From NCBI GenBank assembly GCA_049617635.1, contig JBMZJQ010000002.1, forward strand, positions 8,558 to 72,557: a stretch of DNA of 64,000 bases. Reading direction: 5' to 3'. This DNA comes from Poseidonia sp. Lineage in GTDB: Archaea; Thermoplasmatota; Poseidoniia; Poseidoniales; Poseidoniaceae. The notes under the pieces were generated by a model. It was not told the origin of the DNA. It was given only the letters and a program-made list of their open reading frames with translations, and ran no database searches. The translations under genes were made by a program, and so were the position numbers. Of this stretch, positions 1 through 8,823 are shown in pieces (positions within the stretch are counted from its first letter, which is position 1; each line of letters begins with the position of its first letter).

Positions 1-3
1 ACA

Positions 4-540
4 TTGGAAGCGTTGTTGGCTCTACCGTGCACGCGAATGGAGTTGTTGATGGGTAAATGGCTCGCTGTAGCCACCATCACCGGGGCGGGCGTGTTGCTCC
101 AGATTGCTGGTTTGTTGTTCGCAATCGGTTATCTTGCCTCATCGAACATTCTCTCAACGCCGGAAGTATCCTTCCTTGCCCTTTTGTTGCTCTGCCTCGC
201 AGTGTTGTTGTTTGCAGTGATGGTTGTGGCCCTGGAGTTGGCCCTTGCCATGCGCTCGCACAGCGTCAAAGAAGCCGGTTCGATTCTTGGCCCTGCCGTG
301 CTGGTGATTTTGTTTCCAGCCTTGTTCACACAAGTGATCAATCTCGATGGAATAGAAGCATATTGGTTTGCAATTCCCGTGGTGAATGTTCTTCTTGCGC
401 TTCGTGAACTGTTGATGAACCGAATTGTGGTATCGCATATTCTTGTGTGGTCAATTTCGTCCACCGTGTATGCGTTGAGTGCTGCATACTACGCCTCTCG
501 GCAGTTCAAGCGAGAGGATTTGGTTACAAGCCTGTCCTAG
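4..540 (+). CDS. Membrane permease, C-terminal part (ABC-2-type-like); gene probably begins upstream of the window
   Basis: Open from the window edge and strongly hydrophobic, with several predicted TM helices. No catalytic motifs were recognised. Confidence 0.4.
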   Translation: MEALLALPCTRMELLMGKWLAVATITGAGVLLQIAGLLFAIGYLASSNILSTPEVSFLALLLLCLAVLLFAVMVVALELALAMRSHSVKEAGSILGPAVLVILFPALFTQVINLDGIEAYWFAIPVVNVLLALRELLMNRIVVSHILVWSISSTVYALSAAYYASRQFKREDLVTSLS

Positions 541-2035
541 CCTGGAAAGCAACGATGGCTTCTCGGACGATGGTGACGAGTAAATCGATTTCATCCGATG
601 TGATGTTGAAGTGGGGTGTAAAACGCAGGGCGTTGACGCCACCGTGAATCACGCCCAACCCTCTGCGCCGACACCAAGGTTCAACCGCATCAAAACCAAC
701 CACAGGAAATCCTGTGGGCTCCAATTCCATGCTACAAAGGAGGCCTGTGCCTTGGACCTTGGTGATGATCTCAGGAAACTCCTCTTGGAGGCGTGAAAAC
801 TTCAGAACCATCTCCTTCCCACGCTCACGGATGTTCTCTCTCAAGGCTGGTGTAATGCTTTCCAGAACCGTCGCAGCCGTCTCCAGCGCTCTTGGATTGG
901 TTGTCATGGTGTTTCCATAGATTCCCGTCACGTACAACGAGGCGGCCCGTTCGTTCATACCAAGAACGGAGAGGGGATATTGTCCAGCATTCAGGGCTTT
1001 CGACCATGTCTCCAAATCGGGGGCTTCGCAATCTTGGAATCCTTCGTAATCAATGACGGAGAGGGTACCTTGTCCGCGGATACCTGCTTGAATTGAATCA
1101 ACGAGCAACAACGAGCCGTGTTCTTTGGTCAACTTCCGCGCAGCATCGTAGAATTCTCGAGAAACGCATTGACCAGGATTGCCTTCACCTTGGACTGGCT
1201 CAATGGCCATCAATTCAATGAACACTCCGTTGGATTCTGCGTGGTGGAAGGCTGATTCAAGTGCTTCAACATCGTTCGCTGGGACCAAGATCAAATTGTC
1301 CCTTTGTTGGAAGCTAGCAAGCACCTGATCGTACTTTCCTTTGCAGGAGTGTGACATCTGCGCAGGACGATCGGTTCGACCGTGGAAACCTTGTTCGATG
1401 GCGAGCATTTTGATTTGGTGGCCTTCGTAGCGCCCACCTTTCTGCGTCATCAGTTTGGCATTGACATCCGCAATCCGTAGGCTCACCGTAACAGATTCAG
1501 AGCCGCTGTTCATGCAGATGAATTTTTGAAACGGGCACGAACCTCGTGTGTGCCCGAGTTCTTCTCGAAGTCTGTTGTCCAGCCTTTTCTGGGAAAACGA
1601 TGCGGTCATGACGTTTGCCATCACCCAATTGTCGGCCATAGAATCAATCACGTGTTGGGGTCCGTGGCCTGCGCCCAGCATACCGTATCCACCGTTGTCA
1701 TGGACGACGGCCCCATGGGAAGTAATGATCCATGGACCACGCGCAGCAAGAGCGACATAGGGATTGACCGTTGCAGGATTGTAGAAGTTCACATACCCCT
1801 CCTGCAAGTGCTCGATGAGTGTTGATTCGTCGGACCCTTTGTACACCGATGAAAATTCGTTGGAAAACGAGTCGAACCGATTGGCAGCTTCGGAAAGCGC
1901 AAGACGTAGCGAAGCATCTAATTCGTAAAAATGAGAAATTTCTTCTGAAGTGAGCCCCAACGTGTCCCGTCGTCCGACATATCCACGAATGCGTTCAAGC
2001 ACCGATAACCCGGGGTGGTCAATTGCCTTCTGCAT
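524..2035 (-). CDS. Class-III (PLP-dependent) aminotransferase with N-terminal extension
   Basis: AT-III-like motifs: CMNSGSESV and LLVDSIQAGI-RGQG (variants of NSGTEA / DEVQTG), a candidate PLP lysine in TWSKALNAG, and a C-terminal small domain. At 503 aa it is longer than typical family members. Confidence 0.75.
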   Translation of the reverse strand: MQKAIDHPGLSVLERIRGYVGRRDTLGLTSEEISHFYELDASLRLALSEAANRFDSFSNEFSSVYKGSDESTLIEHLQEGYVNFYNPATVNPYVALAARGPWIITSHGAVVHDNGGYGMLGAGHGPQHVIDSMADNWVMANVMTASFSQKRLDNRLREELGHTRGSCPFQKFICMNSGSESVTVSLRIADVNAKLMTQKGGRYEGHQIKMLAIEQGFHGRTDRPAQMSHSCKGKYDQVLASFQQRDNLILVPANDVEALESAFHHAESNGVFIELMAIEPVQGEGNPGQCVSREFYDAARKLTKEHGSLLLVDSIQAGIRGQGTLSVIDYEGFQDCEAPDLETWSKALNAGQYPLSVLGMNERAASLYVTGIYGNTMTTNPRALETAATVLESITPALRENIRERGKEMVLKFSRLQEEFPEIITKVQGTGLLCSMELEPTGFPVVGFDAVEPWCRRRGLGVIHGGVNALRFTPHFNITSDEIDLLVTIVREAIVAFQARTGL

Positions 2036-2135
2036 GCATGATTATGCGTGACGGAGCCCTTTGAACATTGGCACGAGGCGCTCACAACGACGCGAAAATG
2101 TGCCTGAAATATTACTAAGGTAATATCATACGAAT

Positions 2136-2145
2136 ACTTATATGA
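2136..2145 (+). promoter_or_regulatory. Candidate archaeal TATA box (CTTATATGAG), about 26 nt upstream of the RHH gene ATG; implies a leaderless operon transcript
   Basis: AT-rich TATA-like element in a GC-rich intergenic region. Its spacing to the ATG at 2166 matches the archaeal TATA-to-TSS distance. Confidence 0.35.
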
Positions 2146-2165
2146 GGTTGGTATGAGGCCATGGC

Positions 2166-2336
2166 ATGCCCAAAATCTCGTTGGACATGCCGTCTGAACT
2201 GGTGGAGGATCTCAAATTGCATGTTGGAGATGAGAAGAAATTTGTCAGCCTGGCAGATGCCATTCGAACGGCGTGCAGAAAACTGCTGGACCAACTGGAC
2301 GAAATTGACATGATGCACGGTAGGGGGAAGAACTGA
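2166..2336 (+). CDS. Small ribbon-helix-helix (CopG/NikR/Arc-like) DNA-binding protein, 56 aa, absent from the ORF track
   Basis: Translation MPKISLDMPSELVEDLKLHVGDEKKFVSLADAIRTACRKLLDQLDEIDMMHGRGKN shows an RHH pattern: an N-terminal beta-strand KISLDMP, then two helices. The stop TGA overlaps the FolE ATG by 1 nt (TGATG). Confidence 0.6.
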   Translation: MPKISLDMPSELVEDLKLHVGDEKKFVSLADAIRTACRKLLDQLDEIDMMHGRGKN

Positions 2337-2911
2337 TGGTGACCGAAGAAGAAGCACAACAAGCCATACGCACCATCCTTTCGTATATTGAAGGGGCAGG
2401 TGCCAGCAATAGAGAAGGGTTGGAAGACACCCCCCAACGCGTTGTCGAATCCTGGAAGGAATTGCATGCAGGCTATCAAATGGATGCAAGTGAACTTCTT
2501 CAAGCGACCTTCAACGGCGAAGGCTACGATGGCATCGTTTTGTTGCGAAATATCGAATTTACGTCGACCTGTGAACATCACCTCCTTCCTTTCAGCGGGC
2601 GGGGTCACATCGCCTACATTCCGGTGGAGCGTATTGTCGGCATCAGTAAGCTTGCCCGGATTTTGGACCTTCACGCTCGCCGATTGCAAAATCAGGAGCG
2701 AATAACCAAAGGGATTGCCGACGACCTTGAACGGGAACTTAAGCCGCTTGGCGCTGCCGTGATTTTGGAAGCATCGCACGGTTGTATGCAGTGCAGAGGT
2801 GTTGCAAAGCAAGAGGCCGTCATGACCACTTCGGCCATGCGAGGCGTGTTTTTCGATCGGCCCGAGGCTCGAAGCGAACTCATGCAATTGATTCAACAAC
2901 CACCACTGTGA
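2336..2911 (+). CDS. folE: GTP cyclohydrolase I (type IA)
   Basis: Canonical FolE motifs STCEHHLLPF and ASHGCMQCRGV; 191 aa. Confidence 0.9.
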   Translation: MVTEEEAQQAIRTILSYIEGAGASNREGLEDTPQRVVESWKELHAGYQMDASELLQATFNGEGYDGIVLLRNIEFTSTCEHHLLPFSGRGHIAYIPVERIVGISKLARILDLHARRLQNQERITKGIADDLERELKPLGAAVILEASHGCMQCRGVAKQEAVMTTSAMRGVFFDRPEARSELMQLIQQPPL

Positions 2912-2920
2912 GGGAACTGA

Positions 2921-3580
2921 ATGACCAACATGCCATGTGGATTGTCCGGTGATGTCGTCACCGACAACGCAAGTGATTTGGCAGCAGAATACAACATCGT
3001 CGAGATTTTCCACTCCGTTCAAGGTGAAGGTCATCGAAGTGGAATTCCACACGTGTTTATTCGTTTTGGAAAATGCAACCTTCGCTGTGAATGGTGTGAT
3101 ACCAATTTTGACGAATACACGACCATGTCCGCGCTTGACATTCTGGCTCGCGTGATGGAGTTTCCTTGCAGCAACATCATCTTCACCGGGGGTGAGCCCA
3201 TGTTGAACGACTTGTGGCCGCTGAGTCGTCTGCTTCGACGTCGAGGATATCACCTCTCAATTGAATCAAACGGCACCGTTGAAATTCCGGAGGGTTTACT
3301 CGATTGGATTTGCATTTCTCCAAAAGATCAGATGTATCCAAACGTGGCCGTCCGGCAACGCATTGGAAACGAACTCAAATGTGTGTATGTTGGTCAACCA
3401 CTCAGTCTCTACGATGGCCTCATCGAGGGATTTGACCACCTGTATCTCCAGCCGTGCTACGATGAAACACATTCGGTAGAGGAAAACGGACGCATGTTTG
3501 CACTCACTGAATCCGTGGTGAAGGCCAATCCGACGTGGAGGCTCTCGCTTCAAACACACAAATGGATGGGGATATTGTGA
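2921..3580 (+). CDS. queE: 7-carboxy-7-deazaguanine synthase (radical SAM)
   Basis: QueE-type Cys motif CNLRCEWCDT, FHSVQGEG and the GGEP motif. Confidence 0.9.
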   Translation: MTNMPCGLSGDVVTDNASDLAAEYNIVEIFHSVQGEGHRSGIPHVFIRFGKCNLRCEWCDTNFDEYTTMSALDILARVMEFPCSNIIFTGGEPMLNDLWPLSRLLRRRGYHLSIESNGTVEIPEGLLDWICISPKDQMYPNVAVRQRIGNELKCVYVGQPLSLYDGLIEGFDHLYLQPCYDETHSVEENGRMFALTESVVKANPTWRLSLQTHKWMGIL

Positions 3581-4740
3581 CGAGTAAACAGCGAGCCGTC
3601 ATGGCCTTGAGCGGAGGCATGGACTCGAGTTCCTTGTTGTTGCACCTCTTGAGAGAAGGTTACGAAGTAACGGCACTTTCGTTCAATTATGGACAGAAGC
3701 ATGTCGTTGAGTTGCAACGCGCCAGCGATTTGGTCAAGCACTTGGAAGAACACGGATTGCTTGTTCATCACCATGTGATTGACCTCCAAAGTGCGATGGG
3801 ACTTTTTGCAAGCGATTTGCTCGCAACTGGTGGACCCGTCCCTGAAGGCCACTATGAGGAAGACAACATGAAAGCAACCGTCGTTCCCAATCGTAACGCT
3901 ATCTTTTCTTCGTTGTTGTACGGCACTGCTCTTTCAATTGCAACAACGAACGACAGCAAGGTCTGCGTGGTGTTGGGGGTACACAGTGGGGACCACGCCA
4001 TTTACCCGGACTGTCGACCTGAGTTTTATTCAGCCCTCGAACATGCCTTCGCATTAGGGAATTGGGACAGCCATCTCATCTCGTTCGTCTTGCCCTATTT
4101 GGAAATGGACAAAACTTCCATCCTCAAAGACGCTGAGCAGTCCGTGGATCATCTCAAATTGGATTTTGATGCAGTGTTTTCTCGAACCCTCACCTCCTAC
4201 AGTCCGGATGGAGATGGCAAAAGCCACGGGCGAACCGGTTCTGATGTGGAGCGCATTCTTGCTTTCCATGCTCTTGGGCGACAAGACCCCATTGAATATG
4301 TTGAGCCTTGGGTCACCGTCTTGGAGCATGCTTTGAAGGTCGAGCGAGAGCACAAGGATGCAACCTACCGAGAGAAACTCACAGAACTACAATACCACGT
4401 GACACGAGAACAGGGTACGGAACGGGCGTTCACTGGAATCTACTGGGATGAAGAACGCCCTGGAACCTACACGTGCATTTGTTGCTCAACCTTGTTGTTC
4501 ACCTCGAGCATGAAATTTGAATCCGGTTGCGGGTGGCCTTCGTTCCATTCCGAACACAGTGAAGCGAATATCAAACGAATTGAGGACCGAAGTCACGGTA
4601 TGGTTCGTACCGAGGTTCGCTGCGATCGGTGTGACGCTCACCTCGGGCACGTGTTTAACGACGGTCCCGCGGCATACGGAGGCGAGCGCTACTGCATCAA
4701 CTCAGCATCCATGAACTTTCATCTGGAGGAAGACCAATGA
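3535..4740 (+). CDS. queC: 7-cyano-7-deazaguanine synthase QueC fused to a C-terminal methionine-R-sulfoxide reductase (MsrB) domain
   Basis: N-terminal PP-loop ALSGGMDSS, FNYGQKH and HSGDHAIYPDCR match QueC. The C-terminal approximately 130 aa has MsrB motifs: CxxC...CxxC zinc ribbon, GCGWPSF and catalytic RYCINSA. The true start may be the internal ATG at 3562. Confidence 0.85.
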   Translation: MEALASNTQMDGDIVTSKQRAVMALSGGMDSSSLLLHLLREGYEVTALSFNYGQKHVVELQRASDLVKHLEEHGLLVHHHVIDLQSAMGLFASDLLATGGPVPEGHYEEDNMKATVVPNRNAIFSSLLYGTALSIATTNDSKVCVVLGVHSGDHAIYPDCRPEFYSALEHAFALGNWDSHLISFVLPYLEMDKTSILKDAEQSVDHLKLDFDAVFSRTLTSYSPDGDGKSHGRTGSDVERILAFHALGRQDPIEYVEPWVTVLEHALKVEREHKDATYREKLTELQYHVTREQGTERAFTGIYWDEERPGTYTCICCSTLLFTSSMKFESGCGWPSFHSEHSEANIKRIEDRSHGMVRTEVRCDRCDAHLGHVFNDGPAAYGGERYCINSASMNFHLEEDQ

Positions 4741-5192
4741 CCACCACCATCAAGCGTTATGTTGAGACCGATACCGGCCACCGTGTGCCAAATCACAAGT
4801 CCAAATGCAAACATCTGCACGGCCACAGGTACCGGTTTGAAGCTGAAATTGAGGGCGATGTTGTCCAAGAAAGCGGTGTTTCGGATGAAGGGATGCTGAT
4901 GGATTTTGGCGATATCAGCAGCGTCTTGATGGAACATGTACACGATGTCATTGACCATGCATTTGTCCTTTACGAAGGCGATAGCGAAGCCAAACATGCA
5001 TGCGCTGCCATGGGTGAAGGACACCGAACCGTCATCGTACCCTTCATTCCGACCGCTGAGAACCTTGCCAAGTGGGCGTTTGAACAGGTCGAGCCGCACA
5101 TCAAAAGCGTCTATGGAAACCGGTTGCGTTTGGTCGCCATGCATTGCCGAGAGACGCCGAAATCAATCGCCAGTTGGCGACCGTTACGATAA
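4737..5192 (+). CDS. queD: 6-carboxy-5,6,7,8-tetrahydropterin synthase
   Basis: PTPS/QueD motifs (CxxxHGH: KCKHLHGHRY) and typical size. A 4-nt overlap with queC suggests coupling. Confidence 0.9.
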   Translation: MTTTIKRYVETDTGHRVPNHKSKCKHLHGHRYRFEAEIEGDVVQESGVSDEGMLMDFGDISSVLMEHVHDVIDHAFVLYEGDSEAKHACAAMGEGHRTVIVPFIPTAENLAKWAFEQVEPHIKSVYGNRLRLVAMHCRETPKSIASWRPLR

Positions 5193-6017
5193 CCTTCGTC
5201 GATGTTCCTTCTTCCAATTTGGATCGCCCTGACTAAATTGAAGGGCAGTGGTTGCTTCAACAAATGCGCCGATCAAGCGAGTCGATTCCTCATTGCTTGG
5301 CGTTCCTTTCAGGAGGGTTCGTTTCATGGTCTGTTCAACCGATGCCGTACGCTCATCGGGACCAGAGAGAGCATTTGACCATTGTTCGATGGAGGTCAAC
5401 AAGGCAGTTCGTACCGACGGCTCCATGCTCGTTTGAAGGGGAACAATATCAGGAAGGCCCGGATCTTTGCCCTGTTGGGACAGAACACGACTGCGATGAA
5501 TCTCGTACACCACAGCGTTTACTGCGTGGCTGAGATTGGCGATTGGGTAGCCTTCCCACGTTGGAAGCGTGATGAAGTAATCGCATGCAGCCAGATCTTC
5601 CGTGGAGAGTCCTTTGCCTTCCTCGCCGAAGACAATGGCAATTCTGCCACCGGCTTGCTCTTCCCTCTGAATCATGTCCCAAGGATACAAAAAATGACGG
5701 AAGAGGGTTTTGTCACCCACTTCGCGTTTTCCCGATGTACCCAATATTGCGCGACAATCTTCGGCGGCCTCACCAATGCTCGCAAACACGGATGCATCGT
5801 CAAGAACCCGTTGAGCATGCTTCGCACGAGCCCGTGTTTCCTCGTCGTCGGGTGAACACTTTGGATTGACCAATCGGAGGTCATCGAATCCATAATTCAG
5901 CATGGACCGGCAAATGGCACCCAAGTTCCCTGGATGGGTCACACCAACCAGCACGACCGCAACTTGAACCAGCCCGCTCGGTAACGGAATGTCTTGGCGC
6001 TCACCCATCAACCTCAC
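5184..6017 (-). CDS. SpoU/TrmH-family (SPOUT) RNA 2'-O-methyltransferase with C-terminal extension
   Basis: SPOUT motifs VVLVGVTHPGNLGAICRSM and IVFGEEGKGLS. It is the last gene of the r-protein operon. Confidence 0.75.
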   Translation of the reverse strand: MRLMGERQDIPLPSGLVQVAVVLVGVTHPGNLGAICRSMLNYGFDDLRLVNPKCSPDDEETRARAKHAQRVLDDASVFASIGEAAEDCRAILGTSGKREVGDKTLFRHFLYPWDMIQREEQAGGRIAIVFGEEGKGLSTEDLAACDYFITLPTWEGYPIANLSHAVNAVVYEIHRSRVLSQQGKDPGLPDIVPLQTSMEPSVRTALLTSIEQWSNALSGPDERTASVEQTMKRTLLKGTPSNEESTRLIGAFVEATTALQFSQGDPNWKKEHRRRLS

Positions 6018-6231
6018 CTGAGTCGTGTTCGAGGAATGCGACTATCCATCGCGGATCACACACCTGGTAGATGAAGAACAGAAAACCGCCATCCTCACGG
6101 TCCGGCATGACGATTGAACGTTTTTTCACGTTGTGTTGGTTTCGCAAAAAAAGGATGAGACGTTCCAACACGGCTGCATCATCCGAATGCACACTGACGG
6201 GTTGACGGTCCCAATCAACCCGAATCGACAC
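6001..6231 (-). CDS. Hypothetical 76-aa protein inside the r-protein operon
   Basis: ORF lying between S17e and the SpoU methyltransferase on the same strand, separated from them by short gaps or overlaps. No recognisable motif. Confidence 0.3.
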   Translation of the reverse strand: MSIRVDWDRQPVSVHSDDAAVLERLILFLRNQHNVKKRSIVMPDREDGGFLFFIYQVCDPRWIVAFLEHDSGEVDG

Positions 6232-6241
6232 ACCAACCCAC

Positions 6242-6442
6242 TCAATCGGTGCGGCGTTGTCGGTATCGTGTCACGTAACCGGCAATCCAGTTCCGCAATT
6301 TCTTGGACTCAACATCGGTGAGGTTTGACACCATTTCCTTGTTGTGGTCGAAGTCATCGGTGAATTTCTCACCGTGTTCCTCAACAAGACGAATGGCTCG
6401 GATTTTGATAAAACTTGGACGAATGTTTCCCATTTTTTTCAC
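6242..6442 (-). CDS. rps17e: 30S ribosomal protein S17e
   Basis: MGNIRPSFIKIRAIRLVEEHGEKFTDDFDHNKEMV...KKLRNWIAGYVTRY matches the S17e family. ATGA overlap with the L31e stop. Confidence 0.85.
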   Translation of the reverse strand: MKKMGNIRPSFIKIRAIRLVEEHGEKFTDDFDHNKEMVSNLTDVESKKLRNWIAGYVTRYRQRRTD

Positions 6443-6714
6443 TCCTTCATCAATTTCACTTCTACGGGGAAGTCAGGTTCATCGTGGCGGATCACCAAGA
6501 GGCGAACTTTGCGAGGAGGGTTTTCAATTCCACGCTTCCAGATGTGTTCATTGACTTCAGGGTCAATGTAGAGTTCTTCATCTTCACGAACCTTGAGATG
6601 ACGGATGACTTGTTCCCGGATGATCTGCATGGCGCGAGGAGCGCGCTTGAAGCGCGTGATGTTCCACGCATTGCGCAGGGGGACGATGAGTTCTGATTCA
6701 TTTGCACGTGCCAT
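6439..6714 (-). CDS. rpl31e: 50S ribosomal protein L31e
   Basis: FKRAPRAMQIIREQV...DPEVNEHIWKRGIENPPRKVRL matches L31e. Confidence 0.85.
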   Translation of the reverse strand: MARANESELIVPLRNAWNITRFKRAPRAMQIIREQVIRHLKVREDEELYIDPEVNEHIWKRGIENPPRKVRLLVIRHDEPDFPVEVKLMKE

Positions 6715-6725
6715 ACTTCAACACC

Positions 6726-6881
6726 TCATCGTTGCAACTTGCTTCGTCGCCATTGGTGCCTCTTGGGGTGAGACACGGTGTTTCGGTCGGTCTTGAGCAT
6801 GACCCACACAGGGACACGCCGGTTCTGCTTTCCTGCCTTCAAAAGGCGAATTTTCTTTGCTGCTGGCTTGTTTTTTGACAT
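6726..6881 (-). CDS. rpl39e: 50S ribosomal protein L39e
   Basis: [49 protein letters not shown] is near-identical to the L39e consensus. Start taken at the internal MSKNK. Confidence 0.85.
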   Translation of the reverse strand: MSKNKPAAKKIRLLKAGKQNRRVPVWVMLKTDRNTVSHPKRHQWRRSKLQR

Positions 6882-6894
6882 TTCGAGCACCTTC

Positions 6895-7281
6895 TCAGAT
6901 TCTCCGGATGGACGCATTGCTGCGGCTCTTGGAATGTTGGGTGAGCAGTTGCTTCAAGGAAGCATCACTCATGGGTGCGGTGAATTCACCGGCTTGATGC
7001 ATGGCCACCAACTCAGACTTGATGCTGTGGGCACGCGCAGGCTCAACCAAAGCGATTCGGCTGAGTCGGGAACGGGCGTCTGGTGTCAAGCATCGGCGAA
7101 GCACGGCCTCGATATTCGCTGCATCTTGGGCTTGCTGTTGCGCCTGCTCTTCTGCTTGGAGTTGGTTGGCAGCTTGCTGATTGATTTGGTCTTGGATGGC
7201 TTGCAAGCGCTGTGCACGGATAGCAGTCAACTCGTCATCGGTTGCTGCTGCCATACTCGCCACGTCCTCATCCCCGGTCAA
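6895..7281 (-). CDS. PDCD5/TFAR19-like double-stranded DNA-binding protein (COG2118)
   Basis: Q/A-rich helical protein. Its position between S19e and L39e is conserved in euryarchaeal r-protein clusters. ATGA overlap with the S19e stop. Confidence 0.7.
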   Translation of the reverse strand: MTGDEDVASMAAATDDELTAIRAQRLQAIQDQINQQAANQLQAEEQAQQQAQDAANIEAVLRRCLTPDARSRLSRIALVEPARAHSIKSELVAMHQAGEFTAPMSDASLKQLLTQHSKSRSNASIRRI

Positions 7282-7769
7282 TACTTGCCAAGTCCAGGGT
7301 ATTGTGCTTCGGCCTCGGCACGCACCGAGTGAGCGATGTTGTCGACGAGTTTTTGTCCCGCTGCTGTGACTTGGCGGCCGGCGTAAAGCTGAACCTTGCC
7401 GTCCTCACCGTCGACTTCCTTGGTTGGCACTTTTTCGACGAGACCTGCCTCTTCGAGTTGTTGAAGCGCCGTACGGATGATGTGCCGGGAAGCAACGCCT
7501 GGGGTATTAGGCATGGCGCCGTTGTCCTTTTTGCCACCGAATGCTTGAGCGAGATGCGTCACACCGATCGGACCGTTGCGGGCAACCTTACGAAGGATGG
7601 CAGCGGTTCGGTGGTACCACCAATCACTTTGACTCGGAGGGCGCTCTCGGTCCACGGCGGTTTTGACGTATTCGCCCCACTCCGGCATGGAGATGGCATC
7701 GTTTTCGGCCATGGCAGCAGCCAGGGCTGGGTTGAAAATGTCAGCAGGAATATCGTAGACGGTCGTCAT
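7278..7769 (-). CDS. rps19e: 30S ribosomal protein S19e
   Basis: MTTVYDIPADIF...PEWGEYVKTA...WWYHRTAAILRK...GKKDNG matches S19e. Start placed at the internal ATG (MTTVYD), not the upstream ORF extension. Confidence 0.85.
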   Translation of the reverse strand: MTTVYDIPADIFNPALAAAMAENDAISMPEWGEYVKTAVDRERPPSQSDWWYHRTAAILRKVARNGPIGVTHLAQAFGGKKDNGAMPNTPGVASRHIIRTALQQLEEAGLVEKVPTKEVDGEDGKVQLYAGRQVTAAGQKLVDNIAHSVRAEAEAQYPGLGKY

Positions 7770-7802
7770 CGTGATGCACCAAGCAACATGGCGACCGTCC
7801 GC

Positions 7803-7816
7803 CCCTATATGAAAAG
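7803..7816 (-). promoter_or_regulatory. Candidate TATA element (TTCATATAGG on the minus strand) upstream of the S19e operon; could also serve the divergent plus gene
   Basis: The same decamer precedes the SRP RNA. It lies about 35-45 nt upstream of the S19e ATG. Confidence 0.35.
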
Positions 7817-7828
7817 AACGGGTCAGGC

Positions 7829-8770
7829 ATGCGTTTTCCTGTTGCAGAAACACCAGCCAATGGGGGGTGGATGCAAGCCTTCTTGAACACCCTTTTGGTG
7901 GGAAGAGCGATGAAGAAAGCCTTGGCGCAGAATCCAAACCTTCTGCGCACGCTCATCGGCCTCTCGCTGACCTTGATTTTCATGTTGTCCTACGCCGTTT
8001 ATGGAGCAACGGTATCACCTTCGGTTTACATCTATCAAACAGAGGCAACGGTCAGCGACTACAATGCCTCGACCGCCAGCGAATCCGTTGAGCGAAGTTA
8101 TGATGCCGAAGAAAACACAACCACATGGGCATGGCAAATTGTGGCCAACGACGCCAACCTCACATGGGTGAATGTGACAGCGACCGATCTTTCATCGGGT
8201 GCAGTGTTGAGAGTCACCAATGTTGCAAAACTCTACAGCCACGAATTGCTCGGAACCACCTACGACCTTAGCGACCCACTCAAACAGGACTTTTCGTGTG
8301 CAGAAGCGTGTGCCCATGCAACCAGTCACGAGCGTGTTTCTGAAGACGGTAGCCCCATCCAATTCCACGCCCTCACCTCGGTCGACCCGGCACGCAGGTC
8401 AAACGGCAGCGTGTTCGCTCAATCACTCGAAGAGGCTGAAAACAAAGCACGAGCAGCCATCGATTACACCCACAGTCCGTCCATTGTTCGCGTCGAAATC
8501 ATTGAACAGGGCAACCGAACCACCCAACCCGGTCTTGAAGCTGAAACGGTGAACGAGGCGTTTGCTACCGTCAGCGTTTTTTCAGTCGATGCGGCTACTG
8601 AATTCTTGTGGGCACTCGCTGCCGTCGTGGGTTGTTTTTCCATGGTCCTCATCCCATCGTTTACCGTGTACTTCGCTGCCCGGGCGAAAGAAAAGCGGGA
8701 CGAAGCAAAATTACAACAGGCCAATCAAGACGTTGAAAACTGGCTGGATTCTGAGGAGAAAAAATCCTAA
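7829..8770 (+). CDS. Hypothetical membrane-anchored extracellular protein (N-terminal signal anchor, C-terminal TM)
   Basis: Hydrophobic N-terminal segment LIGLSLTLIFML and a C-terminal TM followed by a charged tail. Several N-glycosylation sequons. The start could instead be at MKKALAQ (7910). Confidence 0.5.
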   Translation: MRFPVAETPANGGWMQAFLNTLLVGRAMKKALAQNPNLLRTLIGLSLTLIFMLSYAVYGATVSPSVYIYQTEATVSDYNASTASESVERSYDAEENTTTWAWQIVANDANLTWVNVTATDLSSGAVLRVTNVAKLYSHELLGTTYDLSDPLKQDFSCAEACAHATSHERVSEDGSPIQFHALTSVDPARRSNGSVFAQSLEEAENKARAAIDYTHSPSIVRVEIIEQGNRTTQPGLEAETVNEAFATVSVFSVDAATEFLWALAAVVGCFSMVLIPSFTVYFAARAKEKRDEAKLQQANQDVENWLDSEEKKS

Positions 8771-8823
8771 TCAGTGCGCCATTGTTCCTAAATAGATAGA
8801 CGGTCATTGTCGTTTCGAGCGAC

